Below the pieces are notes generated by a model that had not been told where the DNA came from, did not search any database, and saw nothing but the letters and a program-made list of their open reading frames with translations. Made by a program: the position numbers and the translations under genes. From Burkholderiales bacterium (GTDB taxonomy: Bacteria > Pseudomonadota > Gammaproteobacteria > Burkholderiales > Ga0077523), in the NCBI GenBank assembly GCA_965279325.1, contig OZ257154.1:3649340-3713339 (forward strand): a stretch of 64,000 nucleotides of DNA. Reading direction: 5' to 3'. This document shows positions 45,800-54,917 of the stretch, one piece after another (the first letter of the stretch is position 1; each line of letters starts with the position of its first letter).

Positions 45800-45821
45800 A
45801 TTTCCATGATCGTGGAAATAT
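45798..45821. promoter_or_regulatory. candidate ArsR operator (perfect 9-bp inverted repeat)
   Basis: ATATTTCCA-TGATCG-TGGAAATAT overlaps the arsR start codon in a locally AT-rich stretch. Confidence 0.5.
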
Positions 45822-45923
45822 AGAAATCTTGTCAAGCACTCCATGGCGGGGCGGATCGGCCCCGCCCCGGTTGCCGGTACACTCGCCCGCTTTCCGAGTT
45901 CACGTCTTCGAGGGGTCCAGTCC

Positions 45924-46982
45924 ATGAGTGCAGCCAGAATCGCCGTCATCGCCGGGGACGGCATCGGCAAGGAAGTCATGCCCGAGGGCGTACGCGTGGT
46001 GGATGCGGCGGCCCGCAAGTTCGGGATCGATCTCGCGTTCGACCACTTCGACTGGAGCTGCGACCAGTACGACCGCCACGGCTGGTGGATGCCGCCCGAC
46101 TGGCGCGACAAGATCGGCGCGCACGACTGCATTTTCTTCGGCGCCACCGGCTGGCCGGCCAAGGTGCCGGATCACGTCTCGCTGTGGGATTCGCTCATCA
46201 AGTTCCGGCGTGGCTTCGACCAGTACGTGAACCTGCGCCCGGTGCGCCTGCTGCCCGGCATTCCCTGCCCGCTCGCGGGCCGCAAGCTGGGCGACATCGA
46301 CTACTGGGTCGTGCGCGAGAACACCGAGGGCGAGTACTCCGCCGTGGGCGGCCGGCTGTTCGAAGGTACCGAGCGCGAGATGGCGATGCAGCAGTCCATC
46401 TTCACCCGCAAGGGCGTGGACCGGATCATGAAGTTCGCCTTCGAACTGGCGATGCAGCGGCCGCGCAAGCTCGTGACCTCAGCCACCAAGTCCAACGGCA
46501 TTTCCATCACGATGCCCTACTGGGACGAGCGCTTCGCCGCCATGGGCAAACAGTACCCGCAGGTGAAGACCAGCCAGTACCACATCGACGGCCTCACCAT
46601 CCAGTTGGTGCTGAATCCGCAGCGCTTCGACGTGATCGTCGCTTCGAATCTGTTCGGTGACATCATCTCCGACCTCGGCCCCGCGACCGCCGGCACAATC
46701 GGCGTCGCACCTTCCGGCAACATCAACCCCGAACGCGCGTTCCCGTCATTGTTCGAGCCGGTGCATGGGTCCGCTCCGGACATCTACGGCAGGAAGATCG
46801 CAAACCCCGTCGGGCAGATCTGGTCGGGTGCCATGATGCTCGAGCATCTCGGCCATGCGGATGCGGCCGCAGCGATTCTGCGAGCGATCGAAGCGGTGCT
46901 CGCCGACGGGCCTAGCACGCCCGATGTGGGCGGGACCGCAAACACCGAGGACATGGGCAAGGCGATCGCGGCGGTGTTGTAA
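45924..46982 (+). CDS. tartrate dehydrogenase/decarboxylase (isocitrate/isopropylmalate dehydrogenase family)
   Basis: ORF track 45843..46982, trimmed to MSAARIAVIAGDGIGKEV at 45924, with GAGGGG upstream. VRENTEGEYS and NLFGDIISDL blocks. Confidence 0.85.
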   Translation: MSAARIAVIAGDGIGKEVMPEGVRVVDAAARKFGIDLAFDHFDWSCDQYDRHGWWMPPDWRDKIGAHDCIFFGATGWPAKVPDHVSLWDSLIKFRRGFDQYVNLRPVRLLPGIPCPLAGRKLGDIDYWVVRENTEGEYSAVGGRLFEGTEREMAMQQSIFTRKGVDRIMKFAFELAMQRPRKLVTSATKSNGISITMPYWDERFAAMGKQYPQVKTSQYHIDGLTIQLVLNPQRFDVIVASNLFGDIISDLGPATAGTIGVAPSGNINPERAFPSLFEPVHGSAPDIYGRKIANPVGQIWSGAMMLEHLGHADAAAAILRAIEAVLADGPSTPDVGGTANTEDMGKAIAAVL

Positions 46983-47154
46983 CGGCGGCTGTATCGATGC
47001 ACTCCTGATCGAGGAGTTCGCCATGGCTTGCCTGCACGGCAAGTTCATCTGGTTCGAGCGCTGGCCCGACGTCGGGCGGATCGCGGTGTTCATGGACACG
47101 AGCGGCGCGATGATCGGAATCGTGAAGAGGAAGTACGCGGGGTGGTGCGCTGCG

Positions 47155-47250
47155 CTCCCCCCACCCCAACCTTCCCCCACGACTGCGTCGTGGGGGAAGG
47201 GGTGAAGTTACCCTCCCCCGTCGAAGATGGGGGAGGGCAGGGTGGGGGCA
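47155..47250. repeat. family-2 three-way-junction repeat, copy d
   Basis: CTCCCCCCACCCCAACC, TTCCCCCACGACTGCGTCGTGGGGGAAGG, CCCTCCCCCGTCGAAGATGGGGGAGGG, CAGGGTGGGGGCA. Lies between convergent genes. Confidence 0.85.
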
Positions 47251-47256
47251 GCAGCG

Positions 47257-47691
47257 TCAGGCCGCTTTCCGCGACGCTGCACTCCCTTGCGCGGCCGCCT
47301 GCTGATCCGCGAAGAACTTCCAGTCGAGCAGCATGGCCACGGAACCGTCCGGATTCACGAACGCGATCGGGCCGTAGTTGGTGAACCACAGTTCCGAGTC
47401 CTCGATGAAGTTCGTGTGTTCGTGGTAAACGCCCAGCGGTTCGTAGCCATAGTCGCCGGCCTTGGCTCCGCCCATGCGATATTCCATCGCACCCTTGAAC
47501 ATGAAGTACTCGCCCGCGCCGTAATGCACGTGCGGCGCAAAGCTGGAGCCCTTGGCGCAACGGAACAGAACCGTCCATGCACCGCTCTCCGCGCTCGTGC
47601 GAAGAATCTTGTAGTCGATGCCTGCCCCGAAATTGATCCAGGGCATGTCGCCCGTCCTGAGCAGGATTTCGTCCGACAGTGCTGCGCCCAT
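47257..47691 (-). CDS. cupin-domain protein (ChrR-cupin / dihydroxyacetophenone-dioxygenase-like)
   Basis: APHVHYGAGEYFMFKG ... YHEH cupin pattern. 144 aa. Divergent from an AraC regulator. Confidence 0.65.
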   Translation of the reverse strand: MGAALSDEILLRTGDMPWINFGAGIDYKILRTSAESGAWTVLFRCAKGSSFAPHVHYGAGEYFMFKGAMEYRMGGAKAGDYGYEPLGVYHEHTNFIEDSELWFTNYGPIAFVNPDGSVAMLLDWKFFADQQAAAQGSAASRKAA

Positions 47692-47874
47692 GATGTCTCC
47701 TCGTCGTTGCTGGTTTGCGTGGGGTTCGGCTTCCGCCCGGATGCGATCGGTGGAATCGGCGCTATTATCGAAACGGACTGCGCACGGCGTCTTGCCCCAG
47801 CACGCCAGGGGACTTGATCCACAGCGAAGCTACGCCGGCAGCGATCCGGATGGTCCACGGAGGAGAGCCACGCG

Positions 47875-48846
47875 ATGCACGCGAGTCAATCGACGACGAC
47901 CTGGTCGACGCACCGGATCGCCAGCGCCCGGCAGTTCGCGGGATGGCGCGATGCGGTCAACGAGACCCATCTCTCATGGGTCATGCCGAAGCGGCGCGAG
48001 GGAGCCTACTCGGCCGCCCTCGAAGTGCACGGGCTCGGTGCCGGGCGAGTGATGAGTTGTGTCTGCGACCCCTGTGACGGCGCGCGGACGCGAACAGAGA
48101 TCAGTCGATCGGATGACGAGTACTTCGGTGTGCTGCACGTGGTCGACGGCGTCGAGCGCATTCGCCAGTCGAACCGGGAAGCGCTCCTCGGGCCGGGCGA
48201 CTTCACCCTTTGGGACAGCCGCCAGCCGATCGAGTTTTCCGTGGGTGCGAAGCTCTCGAAGATCACACTACTGGTGCCGCAGCGCCTGCTCACGGGTGTC
48301 CTGCCGCGGGCTGCCGACCACGTGGCGCGCACGATTCCAGGCACGTGCGGACGCGGCGCGTTGTTCGCGAATCATCTGCGGGTGCTCGCACGCGAACGCC
48401 AACGCGTGCAGACCGCGCATGTGCCGAGCCTGCTCGCGACGACGATCGATCTGCTCGGCATGGCGCTCGCGCCCGACGACGACGAGATGCACGAGCGGGT
48501 CTCGGCGCGGCACCAGGATCTGCTCGAGCGCATCCAGGCTTTCGTTCTTCTGCATCTCGGCGATCCGGAGCTGAGCCCGATCCGGATCGCCGCTGCGCAC
48601 GGTATCTCCACGCGCCAGCTCCATCGAATCTTCGAGGAAGGTGGCCTCATGGTCGAGCGCTGGGTCTGGCAGGAGCGACTCACGCGGTGCCGGCAACACC
48701 TGCTGCAATCGCCGGACGCGGCGGTGTCGGCCATCGCCTTCCGCTGGGGCTTCAGCGACGCGGCGCATTTCAGCCGGGCGTTCCGGCGGCAGTTCGGATT
48801 GTCGCCAAGGCAGTTTCGGCAGGGCGTGCGGGGCGCGCTCCCATGA
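47875..48846 (+). CDS. AraC-family transcriptional regulator
   Basis: C-terminal dual HTH IAAAHGISTRQLHRIFEE ... IAFRWGFSDAAHFSRAFRRQFGLSPRQFR. Confidence 0.9.
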   Translation: MHASQSTTTWSTHRIASARQFAGWRDAVNETHLSWVMPKRREGAYSAALEVHGLGAGRVMSCVCDPCDGARTRTEISRSDDEYFGVLHVVDGVERIRQSNREALLGPGDFTLWDSRQPIEFSVGAKLSKITLLVPQRLLTGVLPRAADHVARTIPGTCGRGALFANHLRVLARERQRVQTAHVPSLLATTIDLLGMALAPDDDEMHERVSARHQDLLERIQAFVLLHLGDPELSPIRIAAAHGISTRQLHRIFEEGGLMVERWVWQERLTRCRQHLLQSPDAAVSAIAFRWGFSDAAHFSRAFRRQFGLSPRQFRQGVRGALP

Positions 48847-49507
48847 AGCGTCGGCCCGCCCAGAGTCTCACCACCAGCGCCGCCAGCATCCATGACACCA
48901 CGATGGCCGTGCGATTCCACGGTTCCTTGACGAAGGGAAACAGCGCACCCAGACCGAGAATGGAGAACGAGGCATGCGTTGCACCGAAGTTGAGCGCCAT
49001 TCCCGTGAGGTGTTCCGACAGCCACCAGCGCGGATGATCGGCGCCGAGCACGATCCGTCGTAGCAGCATCGCACTGATCGTGAGGCCGAGTACGGCGAAA
49101 GCGAACGCCAGCGCCATGCGTGCCGGCTGATCCATGCGGGGCACCATGGTCAACAGAAAGATCCCGTACACCCCCAACGCCAGGCACAGTCCCTTGCAGA
49201 CCAGGCCGCGGTAGGCGTCGACGTCGGCCTTGTCGGCGATCGAGCGCCAGCTCATCCACACCGAAGCGACGCTGATCAGCGCGACGTAGACGTTGAAGAC
49301 TGCGCGCATGACTTGGCCGCCGGTGACCATGCTCACGGTCATGACCAGTGTCGCCGACAGCAGTGCGGCCATCGCCACCTGATAGATGCGGCCGAACCGG
49401 CGATGCGTCGTGCCGCCCTTGGAGGCAGCGGCCGCAGCCCAGAACGAAATCAGCACGGCGACGCCGGCCAGGATGTGCGCGGCGCGGAACGTTTCGAATA
49501 GCGTCAT
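48770..49507 (-). CDS. integral membrane protein, function unknown
   Basis: Six or more hydrophobic segments. G/C-rich third positions. The 3' end overlaps the convergent AraC gene by 77 nt. Confidence 0.65.
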   Translation of the reverse strand: MTLFETFRAAHILAGVAVLISFWAAAAASKGGTTHRRFGRIYQVAMAALLSATLVMTVSMVTGGQVMRAVFNVYVALISVASVWMSWRSIADKADVDAYRGLVCKGLCLALGVYGIFLLTMVPRMDQPARMALAFAFAVLGLTISAMLLRRIVLGADHPRWWLSEHLTGMALNFGATHASFSILGLGALFPFVKEPWNRTAIVVSWMLAALVVRLWAGRRFMGARPARPAETALATIRTAAGTPG

Positions 49508-49526
49508 GGTGCCCTCCCTCGTGGTT

Positions 49527-49584
49527 GATTTACACGCGTCAATTGACAGACGTAAACTAGCACGAATGATTTACGCGTGTAAAC
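49527..49584. promoter_or_regulatory. candidate TetR operators in the divergent intergenic region
   Basis: GATTTACACGCGT (49527-49539) and GATTTACGCGTGTAAAC (49568-49584, palindromic arms TTTAC/GTAAA). Imperfect palindrome TTTACACGCGTC-AATT-GACAGACGTAAA (49529-49556). Confidence 0.45.
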
Positions 49585-49592
49585 TCCCTTCC

Positions 49593-50195
49593 ATGGCCAC
49601 GGAAAACACCCCCCTGGACGTGCGCACGCGCATCCTCGAAACGGCGTGGCGCCTGATCGGCGAGCGCCAGGACGCTTCGGTATCGCTGCTCGAGATCGCC
49701 CGCGAGGCCGGCGTCTCGCGCCAGACCGTCTACGTCAACTTCGGCAGCCGCGCGGGGCTCCTGCTGGCGATGGTCGAGCATCGCGACGTGACGTCGCCCG
49801 AACTGGGTCGCATGAAGCGCTCCCGTCTGGATCAGCCGGCCGACGAGCTGCTGGAGGCCGTGGTGGGCAACTGGTTCAAGTACGTTCCGGTGGTCTTCAA
49901 GGTGGCATACGCGCTACAGGCAGCGGCAGCCTCCGACGAGGACGCGCGCCAGGCTCTGGATAGCCGGATGCAGTTGCTGCGTGACGGATTGCTGACGGTC
50001 ATGCAGCGGCTTCAGTCCGATGGGCGGCTGGCTCGGGGCTGGAGTGTCGAAACGGCCGCCGACTGGTGCTATCACCTGGTCCATCTGGACACCTGGCAGC
50101 ACCTGGTGATCGAGCGCGGATGGAAACCGGCGGATGTCGTTCAGCGGACCGTGGCGACGCTGCGGGCCGTGCTGATTGGTCGGGCGGGGAAGTAG
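49593..50195 (+). CDS. TetR-family transcriptional regulator
   Basis: ORF track 49386..50195, trimmed to MATENTPLDVRTRILETAW at 49593. HTH LLEIAREAGVSRQTVYVNFGSR. Confidence 0.9.
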   Translation: MATENTPLDVRTRILETAWRLIGERQDASVSLLEIAREAGVSRQTVYVNFGSRAGLLLAMVEHRDVTSPELGRMKRSRLDQPADELLEAVVGNWFKYVPVVFKVAYALQAAAASDEDARQALDSRMQLLRDGLLTVMQRLQSDGRLARGWSVETAADWCYHLVHLDTWQHLVIERGWKPADVVQRTVATLRAVLIGRAGK

Positions 50196-50206
50196 GTCAG
50201 GGCGCT

Positions 50207-50337
50207 GCCCCCATCCCCCGCCTTCCCCCACGACTGCGTCGCAGGGGAAGGGGCGTATTTCGCGTCCTCGCCGTCGTGGAGGAAGGGGCCGTACTTCCCC
50301 TCCCCCGCCGAAGGTGGGGGAGGGTCAGGGTGGGGGC
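50207..50337. repeat. family-2 repeat, expanded copy e
   Basis: GCCCCCATCCCCCGCC, TTCCCCCACGACTGCGTCGCAGGGGAAGG, an extra hairpin TCCTC..GAGGA, CCCTCCCCCGCCGAAGGTGGGGGAGGG, TCAGGGTGGGGGC. Confidence 0.8.
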
Positions 50338-50365
50338 CAGGGTGCGGCCAGCGAGCGCTAGGAAA

Positions 50366-52054
50366 CTACCGAATCAACTTCCCCGGCAACGCCCCGGTGT
50401 GCTCATCGGCACACACCGTCTCCACACCCGCCACGAACGTATGCCGATACCCCTGCGCGCGTTGCATCAGGCGCTTGCCGCCGGCGGGCAGGTCGTAGAC
50501 CACCTCGTGCGGCATCACCTTCAGGCGATCGAAATCGATCACATTGATGTCGGCGCGAAGTCCGGGCGCGAGCACGCCGCGATCGTGCAGCCCATAGGAA
50601 TGCGCTGTCGCCGCCGTTTGCTTCCGCACGAGATACTCGAGGGGTAGCTGCTCGCCGCGCTTGCGGTCGCGCGCCCAGTGCGTGAGCACGAACGTCGGCG
50701 CGCTGGAATCGCAGATGGTGCAAACGTGCGCACCGCCATCGCCCAGGCCCATGACCGTGTATTCGTCGTCGATCAGTTCACGCACCACTTCGAGGTCGCC
50801 CCCGTAGTAGTTTTCGAACGTGTGCGTCAGCAGCCGCTTGCCGCCGTCGGCGAGCATGGTCTCCAGCGCCAGCGCCCACGGGTTCGTGCCGGCTCGTGCC
50901 GCGCGTGCCGTGATGCTGTCATCGATATGCGGTTCGTAGTCGTAGCTGTCGTCGAGCGCATAGGTGCGCGGCAGTGCCGCCTCGATCATCCGCGTGTGTT
51001 CGTCGTTCGGCCGCTGTTCCACCAGCACGCGGCGCAGATCCGCATCGCGCATCAGGCGGTCATAGCGCTCCTTGGGCGAGAGGTGCGACAACGCGAGCCA
51101 GGCCGGATGAGTGGAAAAGGGATGGTTGCTGGTCTCCAGGCCCCACATCACGCCGATGGGCCGGCTACCCACCTGGCCGGTCACTTCGATCCCAGCCGAA
51201 CGGGCCGCATGGATGCGGTCGCGCGTGTCGCGCCACAGTTCAGGTGCGTTGTTCACCTGGAGCAGCAGCAGCGACAAAGGCCGTCCCGAGGCCAGCGCGG
51301 CGGCTTCCAGGATGTCGAACTCGCCTTCGCCGAAATCCGAGTTGACCTCGATCACGCCGCGGCCCGCGCGCTTCATCGCCGCCGCGAGGCCGAACAGCTC
51401 CGGCTCCTGCGCCGACAGGCTGGGCGTGAGCCGGCCATCGCGCGCGCGATGCTTGATGGTGCGCGAGGTCGTGAAGCCCAGCGCCCCGGCAAGCAGCGCC
51501 TGCTCGAGCGTTTCGCCCATGGAGGCGATTTCGGCGTCGGTGGGCGTGGCCGCATGATCGAGCCCGCGTTCGCCCATCGCGAAATAACGCAGTGCCGCGT
51601 GCGGCATCTGTGCACCGATATCGAGCACTTTCGGTGCCCGATCGAGCACGTCGAGGTACTCGGGAAAGGTCTGCCAGTTGAACTTGACCCCCTCGGCCAG
51701 CACGGTGCCGGGAATGTCCTCGATGCCTTCCATCAGGTTGATCAGTGCCGGCGCCGTGCCGGGGCGTACCGGCGCGAACCCGACGCCGCAGTTGCCCATC
51801 ACCGCCGTGGTCACGCCGTGCCACGACGACGGGGTCAGGAATGGATCCCAGGTGGCCTGGCCGTCGTAGTGCGTGTGGATATCGACGAAGCCCGGCGTCA
51901 CCAGCAGCCCGCGCGCGTCGATCTCGCGCCGGCCCTGGCTGATGTCATGGCCCACGGCGGAGATGGTGTCGCCGTCGACGGCCACGTCCGCTTCACGGCG
52001 CAGAGTGCCGGTACCGTCGACGACGGTGCCGCCACGGATCACGAGATCGTGCAT
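50366..52054 (-). CDS. N-acyl-D-amino-acid deacylase (D-aminoacylase), amidohydrolase superfamily
   Basis: MHDLVIRGGTVVDGTG, PGFVDIHTHYD, GVTTAVMGNCG. Confidence 0.85.
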   Translation of the reverse strand: MHDLVIRGGTVVDGTGTLRREADVAVDGDTISAVGHDISQGRREIDARGLLVTPGFVDIHTHYDGQATWDPFLTPSSWHGVTTAVMGNCGVGFAPVRPGTAPALINLMEGIEDIPGTVLAEGVKFNWQTFPEYLDVLDRAPKVLDIGAQMPHAALRYFAMGERGLDHAATPTDAEIASMGETLEQALLAGALGFTTSRTIKHRARDGRLTPSLSAQEPELFGLAAAMKRAGRGVIEVNSDFGEGEFDILEAAALASGRPLSLLLLQVNNAPELWRDTRDRIHAARSAGIEVTGQVGSRPIGVMWGLETSNHPFSTHPAWLALSHLSPKERYDRLMRDADLRRVLVEQRPNDEHTRMIEAALPRTYALDDSYDYEPHIDDSITARAARAGTNPWALALETMLADGGKRLLTHTFENYYGGDLEVVRELIDDEYTVMGLGDGGAHVCTICDSSAPTFVLTHWARDRKRGEQLPLEYLVRKQTAATAHSYGLHDRGVLAPGLRADINVIDFDRLKVMPHEVVYDLPAGGKRLMQRAQGYRHTFVAGVETVCADEHTGALPGKLIR

Positions 52055-52067
52055 GAACTAGAGCTCC

Positions 52068-52721
52068 TCAGAATTCCGCGTCGAGTTCTTCCAGGTCATC
52101 GGGCTCGACTTCGGCCGCCTTGCGCCATTCGACCATGGCGGGCAGGGCGAGAATGCGGTCTACGTACCCCCGGCATGCGTCGTCGAGCTTCACGTCGTAG
52201 GTCGCGAAACGCGTGCATTCGGGGGCGAACATGGCGTCGGCCATGGTGAGCTTGCCGAACAGATAGGGGCCGCCGTACGCGGCAAGGCACTCCTTCCAGA
52301 TGGTGGCGATGCGCTGGATGTCGGCTTCCGCCCCGGCCCAGACCTTGAACCCGGGATAACGCGCCTTGAGGTTCATGGGCAGGGCCGCCCGCAGGCTGCT
52401 GAAGCCGGAGTGGATCTCGCCGGAGATCGCCCGGCAGTGGGCACGCGCCTTTCGGTCCGCCGGCAGCAGGTTGGCCTGGGGCAGGATCTCGTTCAGGTAC
52501 TCGGCGATCGCGAGCGTGTCCCAGACCCGGACGCCGTCGTGCTCCAGCCGCGGCACCAGGAAGGAAGGCGACAGAACCAGTAGCTCGGCCCGCATGGACG
52601 GGTCGTCGCTCGGAATCGCGTCCTCGGCGAAATCGAGCCCGGCCATGCGGCAGAGCAGCCATCCGCGCAGCGACCAGGCCCCGTAATTGCGGCTGTTGAG
52701 GGTGAGCGTTGCCTTGGACAT
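52068..52721 (-). CDS. glutathione S-transferase family protein
   Basis: ORF track 52068..52871, trimmed to MSKATLTLNSRNYGAWSLRGWL at 52721. VPRLEHDGVRVWDTLAIAEYL is a GST N-domain block. Confidence 0.8.
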   Translation of the reverse strand: MSKATLTLNSRNYGAWSLRGWLLCRMAGLDFAEDAIPSDDPSMRAELLVLSPSFLVPRLEHDGVRVWDTLAIAEYLNEILPQANLLPADRKARAHCRAISGEIHSGFSSLRAALPMNLKARYPGFKVWAGAEADIQRIATIWKECLAAYGGPYLFGKLTMADAMFAPECTRFATYDVKLDDACRGYVDRILALPAMVEWRKAAEVEPDDLEELDAEF

Positions 52722-52966
52722 GGTCTGTGGGGCCTGTGAAGCGACATCGACGGGAGTCGCTGCGGCTCGCCGACTTGAGGCAGAATCGAAGCGCGGGACG
52801 GATCGACGCCCCGATTCTGGCCTGAGGCACCGTTCGGTGGGATTATGAGGCTGTGGCGCCGGACCGGACAACCGCTCGTGCCCGCCGCGCGTTCCTCGAG
52901 ACTGCCGTTACCGCTCCCGCTTCGCCCGCCGCACCGCTGTCACCCCCTGGCCAATCGCTCCTCCCC

Positions 52967-54184
52967 ATGATCTATAACGTCTACCAGACCCAAGCCGATC
53001 TGATGGAGCCCGTTCGCGCCCTGGCGCGCATGACGGCCGACGCATTGAACCCCTCCGCGAACGGGTTCCAGTCCAACCGCCTGACGCGTCACTGGGCGGC
53101 CGCGTGCGAGCTGCTGTCGCGCGCGGCGCTGAGCCACCACCGCCCCGATTTCGGCATCAACACCGTGACCAACGGCAATCGAGAGATCGGTGTCACCGAA
53201 GAGTCCGCCCTGGTTACCCCGTTCGCGACCTTGCTGCATTTCCGCAAAGACACCCGCGCCGAACAACCTCGCGTGCTGGTGGTCGCGCCGCTCTCGGGGC
53301 ACTTCGCGACCCTGCTCCGCGGGACCGTGCAGACGCTGCTGCCCGAGAATGACGTCTACATCACCGACTGGCACAACGCGCGCGACGTCGGGATCGAGCA
53401 CGGCAAGTTCGGGCTCGACGAATACACCGAACACGTCATCCAGTTCCTCGAGTTCCTGGGCCCGGGCGCCCACGTGGTGGCGGTCTGCCAGCCCTGCGTT
53501 TCCGCACTCGCGGCGGTGGCCGTGATGGCCGAGGCCGGCAACCCCGCGCAACCGCGCAGCCTGACCCTCATGGCCGGCCCGATCGACACCCGCATCAACC
53601 CGACCAAGGTCAACGAGCTCGCCACCAGCAAGCCGATCGAGTGGTTCGAGAAGAACCTCATCGCGACTGTCCCGGCGAAGTTCCCCGGCGGTGGCCGGCG
53701 CGTGTACCCGGGTTTCGTGCAGCTCTCCGCCTTCATGTCGATGAACCTCGAGCGCCACATCAAGGCGCACGTCGAGATGTATGAACTCCTGGCCGCCGGT
53801 GACCACGAGAAAGCGCAGATCACCAAGGATTTCTACGACGAGTACTTCGCGGTGCTCGACCTCTCGGCGGATTTCTATCTCGAGACCGTGCGCACGGTGT
53901 TCCAGGAATACGCGCTGCCGCGGGGTCAGCTCACGTGGCGCGGCAGCAAGGTGGAGCCGCGCGCGATCCGCCGCACCGCACTGCTCACCATCGAGGGCGA
54001 GAAGGACGATATCTGTTCGCTGGGTCAGACCCTGGCCGCGCAGGACCTCTGCAGCGGCGTGCGCCCGTTCATGAAGCGCCACCACATGCAGGCGGGTGTC
54101 GGCCACTACGGTGTGTTCAGCGGCAAGCGCTGGCAGAACCAGATCTATCCGATCGTGCGCAACACGATCCTGGCGAGCGCCTGA
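52967..54184 (+). CDS. phaZ: intracellular polyhydroxyalkanoate depolymerase
   Basis: ORF track 52853..54184, trimmed to MIYNVYQTQADLMEP at 52967. LLVVAPLSGHFATLLR and DVYITDWHNARDV blocks. Confidence 0.85.
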   Translation: MIYNVYQTQADLMEPVRALARMTADALNPSANGFQSNRLTRHWAAACELLSRAALSHHRPDFGINTVTNGNREIGVTEESALVTPFATLLHFRKDTRAEQPRVLVVAPLSGHFATLLRGTVQTLLPENDVYITDWHNARDVGIEHGKFGLDEYTEHVIQFLEFLGPGAHVVAVCQPCVSALAAVAVMAEAGNPAQPRSLTLMAGPIDTRINPTKVNELATSKPIEWFEKNLIATVPAKFPGGGRRVYPGFVQLSAFMSMNLERHIKAHVEMYELLAAGDHEKAQITKDFYDEYFAVLDLSADFYLETVRTVFQEYALPRGQLTWRGSKVEPRAIRRTALLTIEGEKDDICSLGQTLAAQDLCSGVRPFMKRHHMQAGVGHYGVFSGKRWQNQIYPIVRNTILASA

Positions 54185-54187
54185 AAC

Positions 54188-54217
54188 AACGAAGCCCCGC
54201 AACGGCGGGGCTTCGTT
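54188..54217. terminator. perfect 13-bp stem-loop between convergent genes (bidirectional terminator candidate)
   Basis: AACGAAGCCCCGC, loop AACG, GCGGGGCTTCGTT. On the minus strand it is followed by GTTTCAG. Confidence 0.5.
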
Positions 54218-54239
54218 CCGTTACGCACCCGTCACTCGA

Positions 54240-54761
54240 TCACTTGTTCCAGGTGGCATAGCCGCTGGTCGTGCCGTCGACCCAGTTGATCTGGGTCACG
54301 CCGACGAAGTTGTTGCTGCCGGTGAGACCCTTGTACTTCCCCGTGCCGGAAGTCCACTCGAACGTCCCGGGGCCACGACCACCGGGGCCCGGGTTCCCCG
54401 CGTTCTTCCACGATGCGATGGCCTGGTCACCGTCCGCATCCTGGATGATGCAGTAGCCGCCCGCGTTGCTCTTGTTGGTGTTGAAATTCGCATCGAAGTA
54501 GGCCGGGCACCGGATGCCCGCCAAGTGCATCATGCCGCCCGGGCCCTTGTCGCTGAAGAACGAACCGCTGAACTCCCCGACCCAGTACCAGTGCCCCTTC
54601 TCCAGTTCGAGCGCCTTGCCTACGCCGAACCACCCGAAGGTCCCGACCGGCTTATCCTGTGCCTGAACAGGTAATGCCGCCAACAATCCGGCTCCCGCGA
54701 TCGCCGCAGCCAGAAGGCCTCCCCTGCGCAACTTGCCCGTGCATTTCTTGTTGCCTTGCAT
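54240..54761 (-). CDS. secreted hypothetical protein
   Basis: Signal peptide LLAAAIAGAGLLAALPVQA. G/C-rich third positions. No family recognised. Confidence 0.65.
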   Translation of the reverse strand: MQGNKKCTGKLRRGGLLAAAIAGAGLLAALPVQAQDKPVGTFGWFGVGKALELEKGHWYWVGEFSGSFFSDKGPGGMMHLAGIRCPAYFDANFNTNKSNAGGYCIIQDADGDQAIASWKNAGNPGPGGRGPGTFEWTSGTGKYKGLTGSNNFVGVTQINWVDGTTSGYATWNK

Positions 54762-54917
54762 TTGTTCGCTCCCGAGGTTTGTTGGAATCGGGTGGCGTGA
54801 GGGTCACGCCGCCGCTTTGTGCGGGGACGGGCGATAGGCATGACCCGAATCCGCGTCGGGATTCTGGCAAGGAGGGGCTTACGGATGGGTTACTGATAAG
54901 TGGAATCTCGTCCGATC

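Noticed and set aside
42929-45821. The ars cluster considered as a mobile genomic island.
   Set aside because: I found no integrase, transposase, tRNA or flanking direct repeats, and codon usage looks like the surroundings.
48770-48846. Convergent 3' overlaps of 77 nt (AraC vs membrane protein) and 32 nt (CBS enzyme vs acr3, 42929-42960), considered as a possible antisense regulatory arrangement.
   Set aside because: The overlapped tails are poorly structured and lie beyond the conserved cores. They are most simply explained by late stop codons in GC-rich DNA. There is no further evidence of function.
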